DNA of 56,850 bases from an uncultured Planctomycetota bacterium (GCA_964629945.1 CAZVTD010000001.1:1-56850), one strand, 5' to 3'. Counted from the first letter of the stretch, positions 1-10,600 are shown. The notes: generated from the sequence alone by a model not told the origin. A program made the numbers and translations.

Positions 1-103
1 GTCCCACTTTCTGTCTGCCGGACCCGTTCTGCTCTTGACCGGGACGCCCCGGACCTCCATAATCCTTCCCGTCATTCGCCTTCCTCTAAGACAGGAGAAA
101 CCC

Positions 104-739
104 ATGTCGTCTCAGCCCGTCTATCGCGGCCGCTATATCGCCATCGGAATGCTCGAGGCCCCCACCGCCCTCTACCGGGTCTCGTCCCGATCCTTCCCCA
201 ACCGACGCATCGACCCGGCCGGTCAGACCGCCCAGGTGGTCCCCACCGAACAGGCCGAATTCAGCGATAATCCCTTCATTTCCTACCGCTGCTATGCCCA
301 GGTCGCCCCGGACACGGTGGTCGTCTCCAATGGGTCCCAGATCGACCAGGTGGTCAGCAAGCTCCGCCGGGGTCTGCCCATGAAGGACGCCCTCATCCTG
401 TCGCTGGCGGTCAACGACTTCGAAGACGACGGCCACGCCACCCCGCGCATCATCGGGGCCCTCCAAGGCTCGACCGGTTACGTGGGTTCCGTCGGGGCCA
501 AGCACGTCGGCGTCTACGCCTTCGACCTCAAGCCGGGCATTTTCATGGAGGTTTCCACCAACGCCGTCCCCTCCACCATCGTGGATTGTCTTGAGGTCCC
601 CAGCGCAAGAAAGCTCTCCGCCGAGGAGCTGGCCGCGGATCTGGCCAGGGGCGAGCACTTCGTGGGCGACCCCCATTTCGTCGCCGGCCTGGCCTGGACG
701 GGCGGAAAACTCGCCATTTACAACCAGGTTGAGCACTGA
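104..739 (+). CDS. purO: IMP cyclohydrolase, archaeal PurO-like family
   Basis: I trimmed ORF 35..739 to the ATG at 104, which is preceded by AGGAGA (93-98). The N-terminus YRGRYIAIGM...ALYRVSSRSFPNR matches the PurO signature from memory. Confidence 0.55.
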   Translation: MSSQPVYRGRYIAIGMLEAPTALYRVSSRSFPNRRIDPAGQTAQVVPTEQAEFSDNPFISYRCYAQVAPDTVVVSNGSQIDQVVSKLRRGLPMKDALILSLAVNDFEDDGHATPRIIGALQGSTGYVGSVGAKHVGVYAFDLKPGIFMEVSTNAVPSTIVDCLEVPSARKLSAEELAADLARGEHFVGDPHFVAGLAWTGGKLAIYNQVEH

Positions 740-798
740 AAAAACGTTCGGCAATCTCTCTTTGTGAACCGACAACCACAACATAAAGGGGAGGCTCC

Positions 799-1782
799 AT
801 GAAAAGCACCATCTGCTGGGGAATCCTTGGCACCGGCTCCATCGCACACAAATTCGCCGAAGGACTCAAGGCGGTTCCCGACGCGACGCTTCTCGCCGTC
901 GGTTCGCGCACCATCGAATCCGCCAACCGTTTCGCCGATGCGTTCGACGCCCCCCATCGTTACCCCTCCTACGAAGCGCTCGCTCATGATTCCGACGTTG
1001 ACGCCATCTATGTCGCCACGCCCCATGTCTTCCACGCCGAAAACACCATTCTCTGTCTGGAGGCTGGAAAAGCGGTCCTTTGTGAGAAGCCCTTCGCCAT
1101 CAACGCCGCACAGGCCCTCTCCATGATCAACACGGCCCGGAGCAAGGGGATATTCCTTATGGAGGCCATGTGGACCCGGTTCCTTCCCGTTCTGGTCAAA
1201 TTCCGGGAACTTCTTGACGAAGGCGCCATCGGCGAGCCTCGAATGCTCTTCGCTGATTTCGGCTTTACGGCACCCGTCAACCCAAAAGCCCGGCTCTTCA
1301 ACCTCACCCTCGGCGGTGGAGCGCTCCTTGACGTCGGTGTCTACCCCATCTCCCTCTCCTCCATGGTCTTCGGAACCCCCGTCCATATCACCAGTTCCGC
1401 ACATCTCGGCTCCACGGGCGTCGATGAGCAGTCCGCTTATCTTCTCACCGGACCCTCCGGGCAACTCAGTCTCCTCTCCAGCGCCATCCGCACACAGACC
1501 ACACACGCAGCAACCCTCATGGGCACCAACGGCATGATTACCATCCGTCCCCCCTGGTGGCGCCCCGTTGCACTTACCCTCTCCCGTCCCGGCAAGTCCG
1601 ACGAAACCTTCAACCTCCCCTTCGAAGCCACCGGGTACAACTGTGAGGCCGCCCACGTCGGCGATTGTCTTCGTGCCGGGAAACTCGAAAGTTCCATCAT
1701 GCCCCTCGACGAGAGCCTTTCCATCATGCGCACTCTTGATGCAATTCGTGCGTCCTGGGGCCTCAAATACCCTGGCGAATGA
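799..1782 (+). CDS. Gfo/Idh/MocA family NAD(P)-dependent oxidoreductase
   Basis: It has an N-terminal Rossmann motif (WGILGTGSIAHKF) and a CEKPFA motif, with a family-typical length of 327 aa. A GGGGAGG RBS precedes the ATG at 799. Confidence 0.85.
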   Translation: MKSTICWGILGTGSIAHKFAEGLKAVPDATLLAVGSRTIESANRFADAFDAPHRYPSYEALAHDSDVDAIYVATPHVFHAENTILCLEAGKAVLCEKPFAINAAQALSMINTARSKGIFLMEAMWTRFLPVLVKFRELLDEGAIGEPRMLFADFGFTAPVNPKARLFNLTLGGGALLDVGVYPISLSSMVFGTPVHITSSAHLGSTGVDEQSAYLLTGPSGQLSLLSSAIRTQTTHAATLMGTNGMITIRPPWWRPVALTLSRPGKSDETFNLPFEATGYNCEAAHVGDCLRAGKLESSIMPLDESLSIMRTLDAIRASWGLKYPGE

Positions 1783-1802
1783 TCCCCTGAAGGAGCCATC
1801 AC

Positions 1803-2774
1803 GTGATGAGTTTCGGCAGCATTCCCGGCATCGACAAGCCCGTTTCCCGTCTCGTCCATGGCACCATCCTGGCCACTTCGAAGGATCTCGCCCACACCTT
1901 CGACGTCCTCGACCAAGTGCTGGAATCCGGCTGCAACGCCTTCGACACCGCGCGCGTCTACGGGGGTGGCGACAACGAAGTTGCCGTCGGCAAGTGGGTT
2001 AACGACCGGGGCGTGCGTGACAAGATCGTCATCATCGGCAAAGGTGCGCACCCGGCTGGCGGACGCAACCGCGTCACCCCTGCCGACATCGACGCCGATG
2101 TCGCCGAGTCGCTGCGATGCTTCGGCTTCTCGCACATGGACCTCTACTTCCTCCATCGGGACGACCCTGCCGTCCCCGTCGGGCCCATCGTCGAATGCCT
2201 CAACGCCCACCTTGCTGCAGGTCGCATTCATGCCTTCGGCGGCTCCAATTGGTCCCACGAACGCATCGGCCAGGCCAACGAATACGCCCGCACTCACAAC
2301 CTCGTCCCCTTCGCGGCATCCAGCCCCAACCTCTCGCTGGCCGTCCAACGCAAGGCCCCGTGGGACGGCTGTGTCTCCATCTCGGGCCAGGCCGGCAAAG
2401 CCGCCCGCGACTGGTACCGTTCCCACAACGTCCCCCTCTTCACCTGGTCCAGCCTCGCCGGCGGCTTCTTCTCCGGTCGCGTGCGCCCCGACAACCTCGA
2501 CACCTTCAAGACCTATCTCGATAAGCTCTGCGTCGAAGTCTATGCCACCGACGAGAACTTCCGTCGGCTTCAACGCGTCCGTGAACTCGCGGAGGAGAAG
2601 AACCTCTCCGTGCCCCAAATCGCACTCGCATGGGTCCTCAATCAGCCCCTCGACCTCTTCGCACTCGTCGCCCCGGCTTCGGGAAAAGAGTGCCAGGACA
2701 ATCTTCACGCCCTCGAAGTACAGCTCTCCTCCGCGGAACGCGATTGGTTGGATCTTAAAACCGGCGTGCGTTAA
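1803..2774 (+). CDS. aldo/keto reductase
   Basis: It carries DTARVYGGGDNE, HRDDP and a C-terminal AKR-like region (LAWVLNQP). An AGGAG RBS lies at 1791-1795. The start is either GTG 1803 or ATG 1806. Confidence 0.85.
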   Translation: MMSFGSIPGIDKPVSRLVHGTILATSKDLAHTFDVLDQVLESGCNAFDTARVYGGGDNEVAVGKWVNDRGVRDKIVIIGKGAHPAGGRNRVTPADIDADVAESLRCFGFSHMDLYFLHRDDPAVPVGPIVECLNAHLAAGRIHAFGGSNWSHERIGQANEYARTHNLVPFAASSPNLSLAVQRKAPWDGCVSISGQAGKAARDWYRSHNVPLFTWSSLAGGFFSGRVRPDNLDTFKTYLDKLCVEVYATDENFRRLQRVRELAEEKNLSVPQIALAWVLNQPLDLFALVAPASGKECQDNLHALEVQLSSAERDWLDLKTGVR

Positions 2775-3928
2775 CTCAGCGTGGACTTAGTGGATGGTTG
2801 CTGTGCCTGGCTGCGCTGGCGGCGCACCACTTCGGCCAATTGCGCAAATCCCTTCTCACTGTGCTCAAAGAACTTCCGGTAGCTCTCGCACAGATAAGTC
2901 GGGTGACGGTCGATTGCCCCGTAAATCACCCGATCCTTCATGCAGCCTCCGTGGCATTGCTTCAGCCAGCGGCAGGTTTCGCACTGCGTGAAGGGGGTGT
3001 CTTTTGAGGCCATGAACCGCTGCATCTTTTGCGTCTCGAAGAACTCCGTCAGCGGGCGCTCTCCGATCCGTCCCAGCTTCCATTCCTCCGCCGCGAAGAA
3101 GTCGCACGGATAGACGTCGCCGTTGTGCTCCACCAGGAGGTAGCTTCCGCATTTTTTCCGGTAGGTGCAGATGTCGTTCTGTCCGTCGACCTGATATCGC
3201 AGCATGCTGTCGAAGTCCCGCACCGAGACCCGTGTCGGTCCGACACGCAGCCACTCGTCGAAGACGTCGCATAGGAACTTCCCGAACCCCTCGGGCGTCA
3301 CCGAAAACTCCGTCAATTTGCCCGTTTCCGGGTCCATTTCCACGCAGGGGATGAACTGAACGTAGCTGAATCCCTGGCCGGCCAGCCATTGGAGGACCTC
3401 TTTGCCGTGCTGCTGGTTCGCCCGACTGACCACCGTCAGGACGTTGAACGCCACGTGGTCGCGTGCGAGCCGTCTGGCGGCACGCATCGTCTCGCGCCAG
3501 CTTCCAGCACCTCCCGGGTGGATGCGCTGCTTGTCGTGCAGGTAAGCCGGTCCGTCGAGGCTCAGGCCCACCAGGAACCGATACTGGGCCAGGAACCGGC
3601 TCCATTCGTCGTCGATGAGCAGGCCATTGGTCTGCAGCGCGTTCCCGATGACCTGTCCCGGTTTTCCGTACTTGCGCTGGAGTTCCACGACGTTCCGGAA
3701 GAAATCGAGTCCCGCGATGGTCGGCTCGCCGCCCTGCCAGCAGAAGACGGCGGGGCTGAACCCGTATTCCAGGAACTCCCGGATCATCGGTTCCAGGACA
3801 TCGTTGTCCATGCGGTGGGACTTCCGGTCGGGGTAGAGTCTGTCCGGCACCTGTCTGTAGAAGCAATAGGAGCAGGCCAGGTTACAGTCGCCGCTCATGG
3901 GCTTGATCAGCAGTTGGAATGACCTCAT
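2771..3928 (-). CDS. anaerobic sulfatase-maturating enzyme (radical SAM/SPASM)
   Basis: It has an N-terminal CNLACSYCFY (CX3CX2C) motif and a Cys-rich SPASM tail (VYPCDFF...CETCRWLKQCHGGC). Its stop overlaps the convergent AKR stop by 4 nt. Confidence 0.85.
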   Translation of the reverse strand: MRSFQLLIKPMSGDCNLACSYCFYRQVPDRLYPDRKSHRMDNDVLEPMIREFLEYGFSPAVFCWQGGEPTIAGLDFFRNVVELQRKYGKPGQVIGNALQTNGLLIDDEWSRFLAQYRFLVGLSLDGPAYLHDKQRIHPGGAGSWRETMRAARRLARDHVAFNVLTVVSRANQQHGKEVLQWLAGQGFSYVQFIPCVEMDPETGKLTEFSVTPEGFGKFLCDVFDEWLRVGPTRVSVRDFDSMLRYQVDGQNDICTYRKKCGSYLLVEHNGDVYPCDFFAAEEWKLGRIGERPLTEFFETQKMQRFMASKDTPFTQCETCRWLKQCHGGCMKDRVIYGAIDRHPTYLCESYRKFFEHSEKGFAQLAEVVRRQRSQAQQPSTKSTLS

Positions 3929-3943
3929 TGGCGGACCGTCACC

Positions 3944-5182
3944 TCAGATCCCGTAGATCCGCTTCGGATTGTCATAGAGCCACGTTTTGAGGACCGCGAG
4001 GGCTCCGTCGGTGTCGATCATCCCCCGGCGGATGCGTGCCGCGAAGACGCGGGAGAGGCTTTCGCGTGCCATTACCCAGTGACCGTAGGTGAGCTCCGCG
4101 TTCCAGTGGTAGTCCGCGCCGAAGCCGATCACCTTGCTGGTCGGGACGAGGTCGAGATATTCGGCGAGTCCGTTTTCGCACATGACCTGGCTGACCAGGG
4201 GCGACCAGCACAGGTTCAGCGACACGTTGGGGAGGTTTTTACCGACGAAGGCCATCTCCCTCACCGCGGGCATTCCCATGTGGAACAGGTCGAAGTGGAT
4301 GTCCGAGAAACGACTGAGCGTTTCGAAGAAGTTCATCACGTACTGGCTGCGGAAATCTCCCCAGACGCCACAGTGCACGGCCACGACCTTTCCCGTCGCG
4401 CGAATCTCGCGCAGGGCCAGTTCATGGAGAAAGCGGTTCATGTAGGGCTGCTCGGTGTCGGTCAGGGTCTCGCCCTGGATGACCCGGGTCAGCAGCCGCT
4501 GCACGACCTGTCGATCATACGGTCCCATGACCACCGCCTGGGTTTTGAACCCGACGACGCCGGCGTCGACCGCGTCCGCGATGAATTTCTCCAACGCTTT
4601 GAGGATCTGCTTCGGGGTCCGCATCGGTCGCCCGGTCGTCTTTTCGTAGTAGTCCAGTTGGTCCCGGGTGTTCAGCCTGGGCAGGTTCACGATCACCCGC
4701 ACGAAGTCGTCGCCGGCGTATCCCTTCCAGTCCACGTTGCAGGCGATTACGCGCTCGATGCCGCACTTCTTCCCCAGGGCTTCCCGGAGGAAACCGGGAC
4801 GGTTGTTCTCGTTCAGCTTTTTGCCGATCTCCTCGAAGTTGGCGTCGGTGACGTCGTCCTGTCCGAACCATTCCTTGAGCGACAGTCTCAGTCCCCGGGC
4901 ATAGGTCCCCCACCGCACAGCAGCCCAATACGGCTTCACCGTCTCCCACTTCTGCCGGGCGGTCAGGGTGTTATCCCACGGGTCGAAGCTTCTGGAAAGT
5001 CCCGCCGAGTAGAGGTCCTGGATCAGATATCCGTGCAAGAGCCAAGCCCAGTCGAACCGCTTGGTCAAACGCTCCTGCTCCGGCTTGATGTGCTCGTGGG
5101 CGTCGATGAGGGTTATCTTGCCCATCGCGTCGAACAACTCCTGCTGCAGCTCATCCAGCTCAATCCGGTCCTTGAACGTCAT
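3944..5182 (-). CDS. amidohydrolase-fold (TIM-barrel metal-dependent hydrolase) family protein
   Basis: LIDAHEHI near the N-terminus is the HxH metal motif. I trimmed the ORF from 5404 to the ATG at 5182, which follows GGAGAGGAAAGGA. It sits 15 nt upstream of the anSME gene, so the two likely form an operon. Confidence 0.6.
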   Translation of the reverse strand: MTFKDRIELDELQQELFDAMGKITLIDAHEHIKPEQERLTKRFDWAWLLHGYLIQDLYSAGLSRSFDPWDNTLTARQKWETVKPYWAAVRWGTYARGLRLSLKEWFGQDDVTDANFEEIGKKLNENNRPGFLREALGKKCGIERVIACNVDWKGYAGDDFVRVIVNLPRLNTRDQLDYYEKTTGRPMRTPKQILKALEKFIADAVDAGVVGFKTQAVVMGPYDRQVVQRLLTRVIQGETLTDTEQPYMNRFLHELALREIRATGKVVAVHCGVWGDFRSQYVMNFFETLSRFSDIHFDLFHMGMPAVREMAFVGKNLPNVSLNLCWSPLVSQVMCENGLAEYLDLVPTSKVIGFGADYHWNAELTYGHWVMARESLSRVFAARIRRGMIDTDGALAVLKTWLYDNPKRIYGI

Positions 5183-5531
5183 GGCGGTTCCTTTCCTCTC
5201 CTGGCGGGCTCTCCGTGGACGGCTCCTCTGTTCCAACGTGCTCCATTGTATGTCTTTTGTCCCCGGCTGTAAGTGAAATTCCCCGTCGAGTCTGCCGTTC
5301 CGTCCCAAGCCCTTGACAAGATGGCCCTTGCAACAACAATGAGGTCGCCTGTGTATCCCCCGTGCTGACGCTACAAAGACCTGTTCCTGAAAACGTTCCT
5401 GCATAACAGTGGAAAATGCGTCTTTCCGACGAGAATTCGCGAGACATGACGCTCATGGGAGTGTTTAATGGGGTTGCGTTGGGCGGAGGACTTCCGGGGA
5501 CGTCTCCACACCTTGCGCGTCACCCCAGAAC

Positions 5532-7679
5532 GTGCCGGAAAACCGGAGTGGAACCGTCTTGACTGATGAGAGGCTGCTTCAAGCTTATATCAACGAGCGG
5601 GACCTGGAAGCGCTCGCCAAGCTGATCCAGAAGCACCGGGAGTCGGTGTTTCGGACGTGTCTGCATTATCTCTGTCATGCGCCGGACGCCGAGGACATTA
5701 CCCAAGAGGTTTTTCTTGCACTGATCGAGAAGGCTGCCGAGATCGACTCCAACGTGGCGGGCTGGCTTCGTGGGTGTGCCGTCCGGAAGTGCGCGCTGCT
5801 GATCCGCTCCCGACAGAATCGACGCAAGCGCGAGAAACAGAACTCTTCGAACGGCATTCACCTGGATTTCGACACGGCGGACGCCGAGGCGCTGGACATC
5901 CTGCAACAATGTCTCGATGATCTCGATCACACCGAACGTGTTCTTCTGGTTCAACACGTGGTTCATGACCGATCCCAACGCACCCTGGCAGAAGGTCTGG
6001 AAATCACCCAGCAGGCGGTGGCCAAACGCATCCACAAGACCCTGGGGAAGCTGCGTCACATGCTCATGGAAAAGGGCGCGGGGCTTTCGGCCGTTTTTGC
6101 ACACGTGGACCTGCTGCGACGCACAGCCCAGTCCGCGATCTGGACTCGCCTGCAAAACTGGCTGGCCAATCCCGGCTCCGGAAACGTTTTCAGCAGCTTG
6201 ACTGCAACGCAGACAACGCTCGAAACACCCAACGGAACTCAGGCGGCCTGCAAACTGGCTGTTTCGGTTCTGGCCCTGACCGCCGCCCTCACCACGCAAG
6301 AGGAGATTCGTCGGGTCAGCTTTACGAACAGGTCCGAGCAGTCCGCCACGTCAGGCCATACCTCTGTGCCAACACAAGTCCGTTTCCGGTCGCCTTCGAC
6401 CGCTTCCTCCTCTGCGCCGCATCTGTCGAACATCCCGTCGGCAGCCTTGGGGACCCGAGGCGTTTCGGAAGTTCGGAGCACGTCCTATGCCGTCCTTCCC
6501 GCCGGGTTGACCGGAACGGGAAGAACGGATCGAGTCCTGACATCATTCCGGAATGACAACCTCCAGACGAGACAGAACCGCCGTCTGGCACTGTCTCCCG
6601 AACGGCTCTCCCCTTCAGCGGGTTTTGAGCAATGGCAGTCGGTTTCCAGACGACGGGGCGGTGATTCAGGGGCATCCGAGTCTTCTCCCCAGCCGACGGA
6701 CGAGAAGATCGTCCTGACGCTTTCCCCAGGTGAGACCGAACGTGCGGAGAAGATGGACGCCGGGGAGGTGAAGGATCAATGGGCACGCCGCCGGGAGATG
6801 TCACGTTATCCCGGTCCCCTGGGTGAGGTGGAAGCGATTGCGGACTTGACCCGGAAAGAGCGTTTCATTTCGAAGGAAGCCCTGGTTCTTGATTTCCGGG
6901 AGGTCTCCTGGAGCGAACCGTGGGGCGCCGTGAGGTTTGACGCGGATGGCGTTTCCGTCGCTCAACCCACCGAGGCTGACGGCTCCTTTTCCCCATCAGA
7001 TCCGCGAAGGGTAAGCGACTTCAGTTCCACAGCATTATCCGTCCAGGTTGTTTCGGCTGCTTTCCAACCGACCTTTCACAGAGAAGACCGCTTGACGGCC
7101 CAAGGTTTCCCGCTGGATTTCCATTTTTCAGAATCAGTGTTTCAGACGAATCGCGACTCGTGGACGTCCGTCTCCGTCTTCCCGATCCGGCCGATCGTGG
7201 ATTCATCAGGAAGAACGACCTCGCTGACGACACAGCTTTTCGGTCATCCCGCACCGCTTCCGGTTGTTCCGGATGCTCCAGTTGTGACCGCGACGTGGGT
7301 GGAAGCGGGGCACTTCGAGCCCGGCCTGGAATCGACGGGGGACCTGCCTGAACTGCAGGAAGCGCCCGACGTTGCGATGGGTGCATGGCAGGATGATCTG
7401 AGCAGCGACCTGCCCGATTATCCAGAACTGGACGTGGACGTGATGGCGGGGGCTGGCGACGAAGCGGAACTGGTCACGCCGGACTTCGCCGCACGCACGA
7501 CGCCGCTGATTGGGCCGCCCGGCGAGTTCGACGGATTCGCCTTCATTCCGCCGCCCGAGATGATGACCTGGGCAGCAAATGCCAGCAGCATTCCTGAGCC
7601 GGCCTCTCTCACGCTGGTTGCTTTCGGCGCCCTGTGGCTTTCGGCAGCGAGAAAGCGCCGTCGTTCAAAAGCAGATTAA
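5532..7679 (+). CDS. ECF-type sigma-70 factor fused to a transmembrane/Ser-Pro-rich region ending in a PEP-CTERM motif
   Basis: Region 2 is DAEDITQEVFLALIEK and region 4 is ERVLLVQHVVHDRSQRTLAEGLEITQQAVAKRIHKTLGKL. A hydrophobic span AACKLAVSVLALTAALTT lies at about 6241-6300. The C-terminus reads IPEPASLTLVAFGALWLSAARKRRRSK. The start is GTG 5532 or TTG 5559. Confidence 0.75.
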   Translation: MPENRSGTVLTDERLLQAYINERDLEALAKLIQKHRESVFRTCLHYLCHAPDAEDITQEVFLALIEKAAEIDSNVAGWLRGCAVRKCALLIRSRQNRRKREKQNSSNGIHLDFDTADAEALDILQQCLDDLDHTERVLLVQHVVHDRSQRTLAEGLEITQQAVAKRIHKTLGKLRHMLMEKGAGLSAVFAHVDLLRRTAQSAIWTRLQNWLANPGSGNVFSSLTATQTTLETPNGTQAACKLAVSVLALTAALTTQEEIRRVSFTNRSEQSATSGHTSVPTQVRFRSPSTASSSAPHLSNIPSAALGTRGVSEVRSTSYAVLPAGLTGTGRTDRVLTSFRNDNLQTRQNRRLALSPERLSPSAGFEQWQSVSRRRGGDSGASESSPQPTDEKIVLTLSPGETERAEKMDAGEVKDQWARRREMSRYPGPLGEVEAIADLTRKERFISKEALVLDFREVSWSEPWGAVRFDADGVSVAQPTEADGSFSPSDPRRVSDFSSTALSVQVVSAAFQPTFHREDRLTAQGFPLDFHFSESVFQTNRDSWTSVSVFPIRPIVDSSGRTTSLTTQLFGHPAPLPVVPDAPVVTATWVEAGHFEPGLESTGDLPELQEAPDVAMGAWQDDLSSDLPDYPELDVDVMAGAGDEAELVTPDFAARTTPLIGPPGEFDGFAFIPPPEMMTWAANASSIPEPASLTLVAFGALWLSAARKRRRSKAD

Positions 7680-7693
7680 CCCTTTCGCATGGA

Positions 7694-10600
7694 TCAGTAA
7701 ACCGCCGCCTGAAACTCCTCCAGGCTCAGTTTCTTGTCATCGTTCTTGTCGATGGAGGCAAACCACGCCTGGGTTTCTCCGAAGCAGGCCTTGAACTCGT
7801 CGTAGTCGAGATATCCGTCCCAGTTTTCGTCCAGACTCTTGAACAGCATTTTGGTCCAGTGTCTCGAAGCCGGGGTAAACAGTCCCTCGTTCGGCATGCC
7901 GGGCATCGTCTGGACGAACTCGTTCGGACTGATGCCGGGCGGTCCCGCCTCGCCGGTGGCGACGGCATCCAACACGCGCGTGCTGTCATAAACCAGGGCG
8001 GACAGCGCACTCGTCAGCGTCAACTGCGTGCTTCCTTCGGCCAAGACCGGCTGGGCATAGGCCCCGGCAGCAAACACGGGCAAGCTGCTTCCGGCCACGC
8101 CTCCGTAATGCACGGTTCCCGTGATGCTCATCGTCCCGCCACAGATGATATCCAGTCCCGTATCCGTCGTCGTCGTGCCGTCGGCCAGCAGGACCAGACC
8201 GGTTTCGCGCAGCAGGGCGGTGATCACACCGCTTCCCGAGACAACGGTCAGGTCGCCCGACACGGTCAGATCGCCGAGAGTGATCGCCCCATCGGCCAGC
8301 AGGTTCAGGTCACCGTCCACCACGGTGAACTTTTCGTTCTGCCCCATTTCGATACTTCCGGCACGGATCGTGATGTCCCCGCCGTCGGTCCCGTTCGTTA
8401 TGGTAGCCACAGCCGAGACCGCCGAGCGTCCCGCCGGGGAGAGGGCCACGTGTCCACCCGCACCGTCGGCGCCTCCGACGCCTGCTCCACCTTCGGCGAT
8501 GATGTCGCCGTGGATTTCCAGCATCGCATCCGGGAAGTAATCCCCATCCACGATTTCTTGCAGTGTCAGCGACGTGGCCGGTTGAAGCGTCACGTCGCCG
8601 GCATCTCCGCCAGCTCCCGCGACCGCGTCACTGCCCGAGGTCGTGATTCCCTCCACCGTAACGCTGCCCTCGGCTGAAGTAAGCCTCACCGTGCCTCCGT
8701 CCAGTCCGGCACCGGCAACCGCGTCGCCGCCGCTCGTGTCGATGTCCCCTTCGAAGATGATGTCTCCTTCGGCATCGACGATGATGTCTCCGCCGGCTTG
8801 TCCGTCCTGTCCTTTGGTGGAGACGTCGCCCGAGAACTGCACGGTCCCGGCGCTGGTGACCGTCAGTCCGCCCAGTGACGTTGTCGCGCCGACATATTCG
8901 TAGCCATAGATGTTTCCGGCGCCTGCATTCAGGGTCAGGGCAAAGGCCCCGTCCAGGGTGTCGACAAACCAGATGCTTCCGTCAGCGATTTCGTCGCTCT
9001 CGCTTCCGAGGTATGCCGAGTTCAGGGCGGTATTGCCCAGGAGCGTCACCGGCGCATCGAAGTAGACCCCACCGGCTGCCGAGATCAGGTACGTGTCCGG
9101 GACGATGGAGCCGTCCAGATGGACACCTGCTTCCGTCCCGTAAACGGCCACATATCCGTCTCCCGTGGACTGGACCAGTCCGAGGATCCGGATGAGGGCG
9201 TCTTCCGGGGCCACGTCCGACACAGTCAGTGTGATGTTTCCGACCGCGGTCAACTGAGCCGCAGCCAAGTCACTCTCAATCACAATGGCATCCACGACGT
9301 CCGTCGTCAGATAGAGGTCGGCCCCCGTGATGGTGAGCGTGCCTCCCGACTCGATGTTCCCCGCCTCGTAGACCAGGACACCTCCCACTCCGTCGTTGTC
9401 CGAATCGGCCGTCAGGGTGATATTATATCCTTCGGTGGTAATCACGTCGCTGCGGATGTAGATGTCGCGCTCCGAGCTCAGGCTGATGTCACTGGCCCGG
9501 ACAATGGCCGTGTTGATGTAGAGGTCCGATATCTCCCCTTCGCTTCCAACCACCAAGATGTCCCCCGCCCCTGCCGTCGGCGCCACGTTCACGGTCACAC
9601 CGTTGATCACCGTAATCGTTCCGCCCGTGCCTGAGCTTGAATCCACACTGGCATTCAGGACCACCGGTCCGGCGGCGACGATGTTGATGTCTCCGCCGTC
9701 CACGACGCCGGTCACACCGGACGTCACCGCCCCATTGACATACAAGGTGCCGCTGCCGGTGTTCGTGTAGTTGATGTAGCCACCCGCAGTCGTCAGGGAA
9801 TCGATGATCGTGTTGCCGGAGCAGGCGTTCTCAAGATTGATTTTTCCGGCACCGGTCACGGCTGCCGACACGTTGGTCGCGCTGATGAAGAAGGAAAGGT
9901 TGTCGTAACCGCTCGGCGGATCGTCCTCCAGGCCCAGCGATTCCAGGTCCAACTGGCCGTAAACGCCGTCGGCACTGTTCAGGTCCACCGTCCACGCCGT
10001 GACCGTCCCGCTCGTCTGGATGAGTGCCCCGGCCGGCGCATTCAACTGGATCGTGTCATCGGCCGTCAGGTTCCCCCCCAGCGTGAGGTTTCCGGCGTTG
10101 GCCGTCATCGTGATGTCATAGGCCGCCTTGAGGGCCGCCGTCGTGCTGATCTCGGCGCCGCTGACCGTCAGGTTTGAAGGACTGGTCGTCGCACCGATCG
10201 GACCGTTGATGGTCACGTTTCCGCTGCCGGCCTGGATGGTGAAGCTGCTGCTGCCGTTCACCGTGCCCTTGAGTGTCACGTCCTGGTCCGCCACGTCGAG
10301 AACCACGTCCAGACCGCTCAGGGTGATGCTGTTCGAGGTGGAGGTGCCCAGGACCAGGTCTCCGTCGGTGCTGAACGTCATTCCATCCAGGGTGACGTTC
10401 CCCCCCAGCGAGGTTCCGTTCGTGTCACCGGTGATGGTCACATCCCCGTCGAAACGGAGGTTCGAACCGTTCAGAGAGGACAGTCCCGAATTGGCCGACA
10501 GGGTATCCTGAAAACGAATGGTGCCGGTCACGCCGCTTTCGACCGTGAGCGCAGGGCCCAGCCCCGAGCCAAGGTTCGTCACCGCCCCCGCAAAGGTCAG

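Noticed and set aside
86-2708. Minus-strand ORFs 86..847, 718..1656 and 1437..2708, which overlap the purO-like, Gfo/Idh/MocA and AKR genes
   Set aside because: The plus-strand frames carry clear family motifs and RBSs. The minus-strand translations are low-complexity and typical of GC-rich antisense frames.
5183-5404. N-terminal extensions of several ORF-track entries: amidohydrolase to 5404, purO-like to 35, TpsA to 14131, NuoE-like to 45653, bEBP to 47664, methyltransferase to 55186
   Set aside because: Internal starts have good Shine-Dalgarno motifs or operon junctions (ATGA overlaps, 1-2 nt gaps). The extensions add non-conserved, Arg/Cys-rich sequence, and in one case the extension lies upstream of the predicted TSS.
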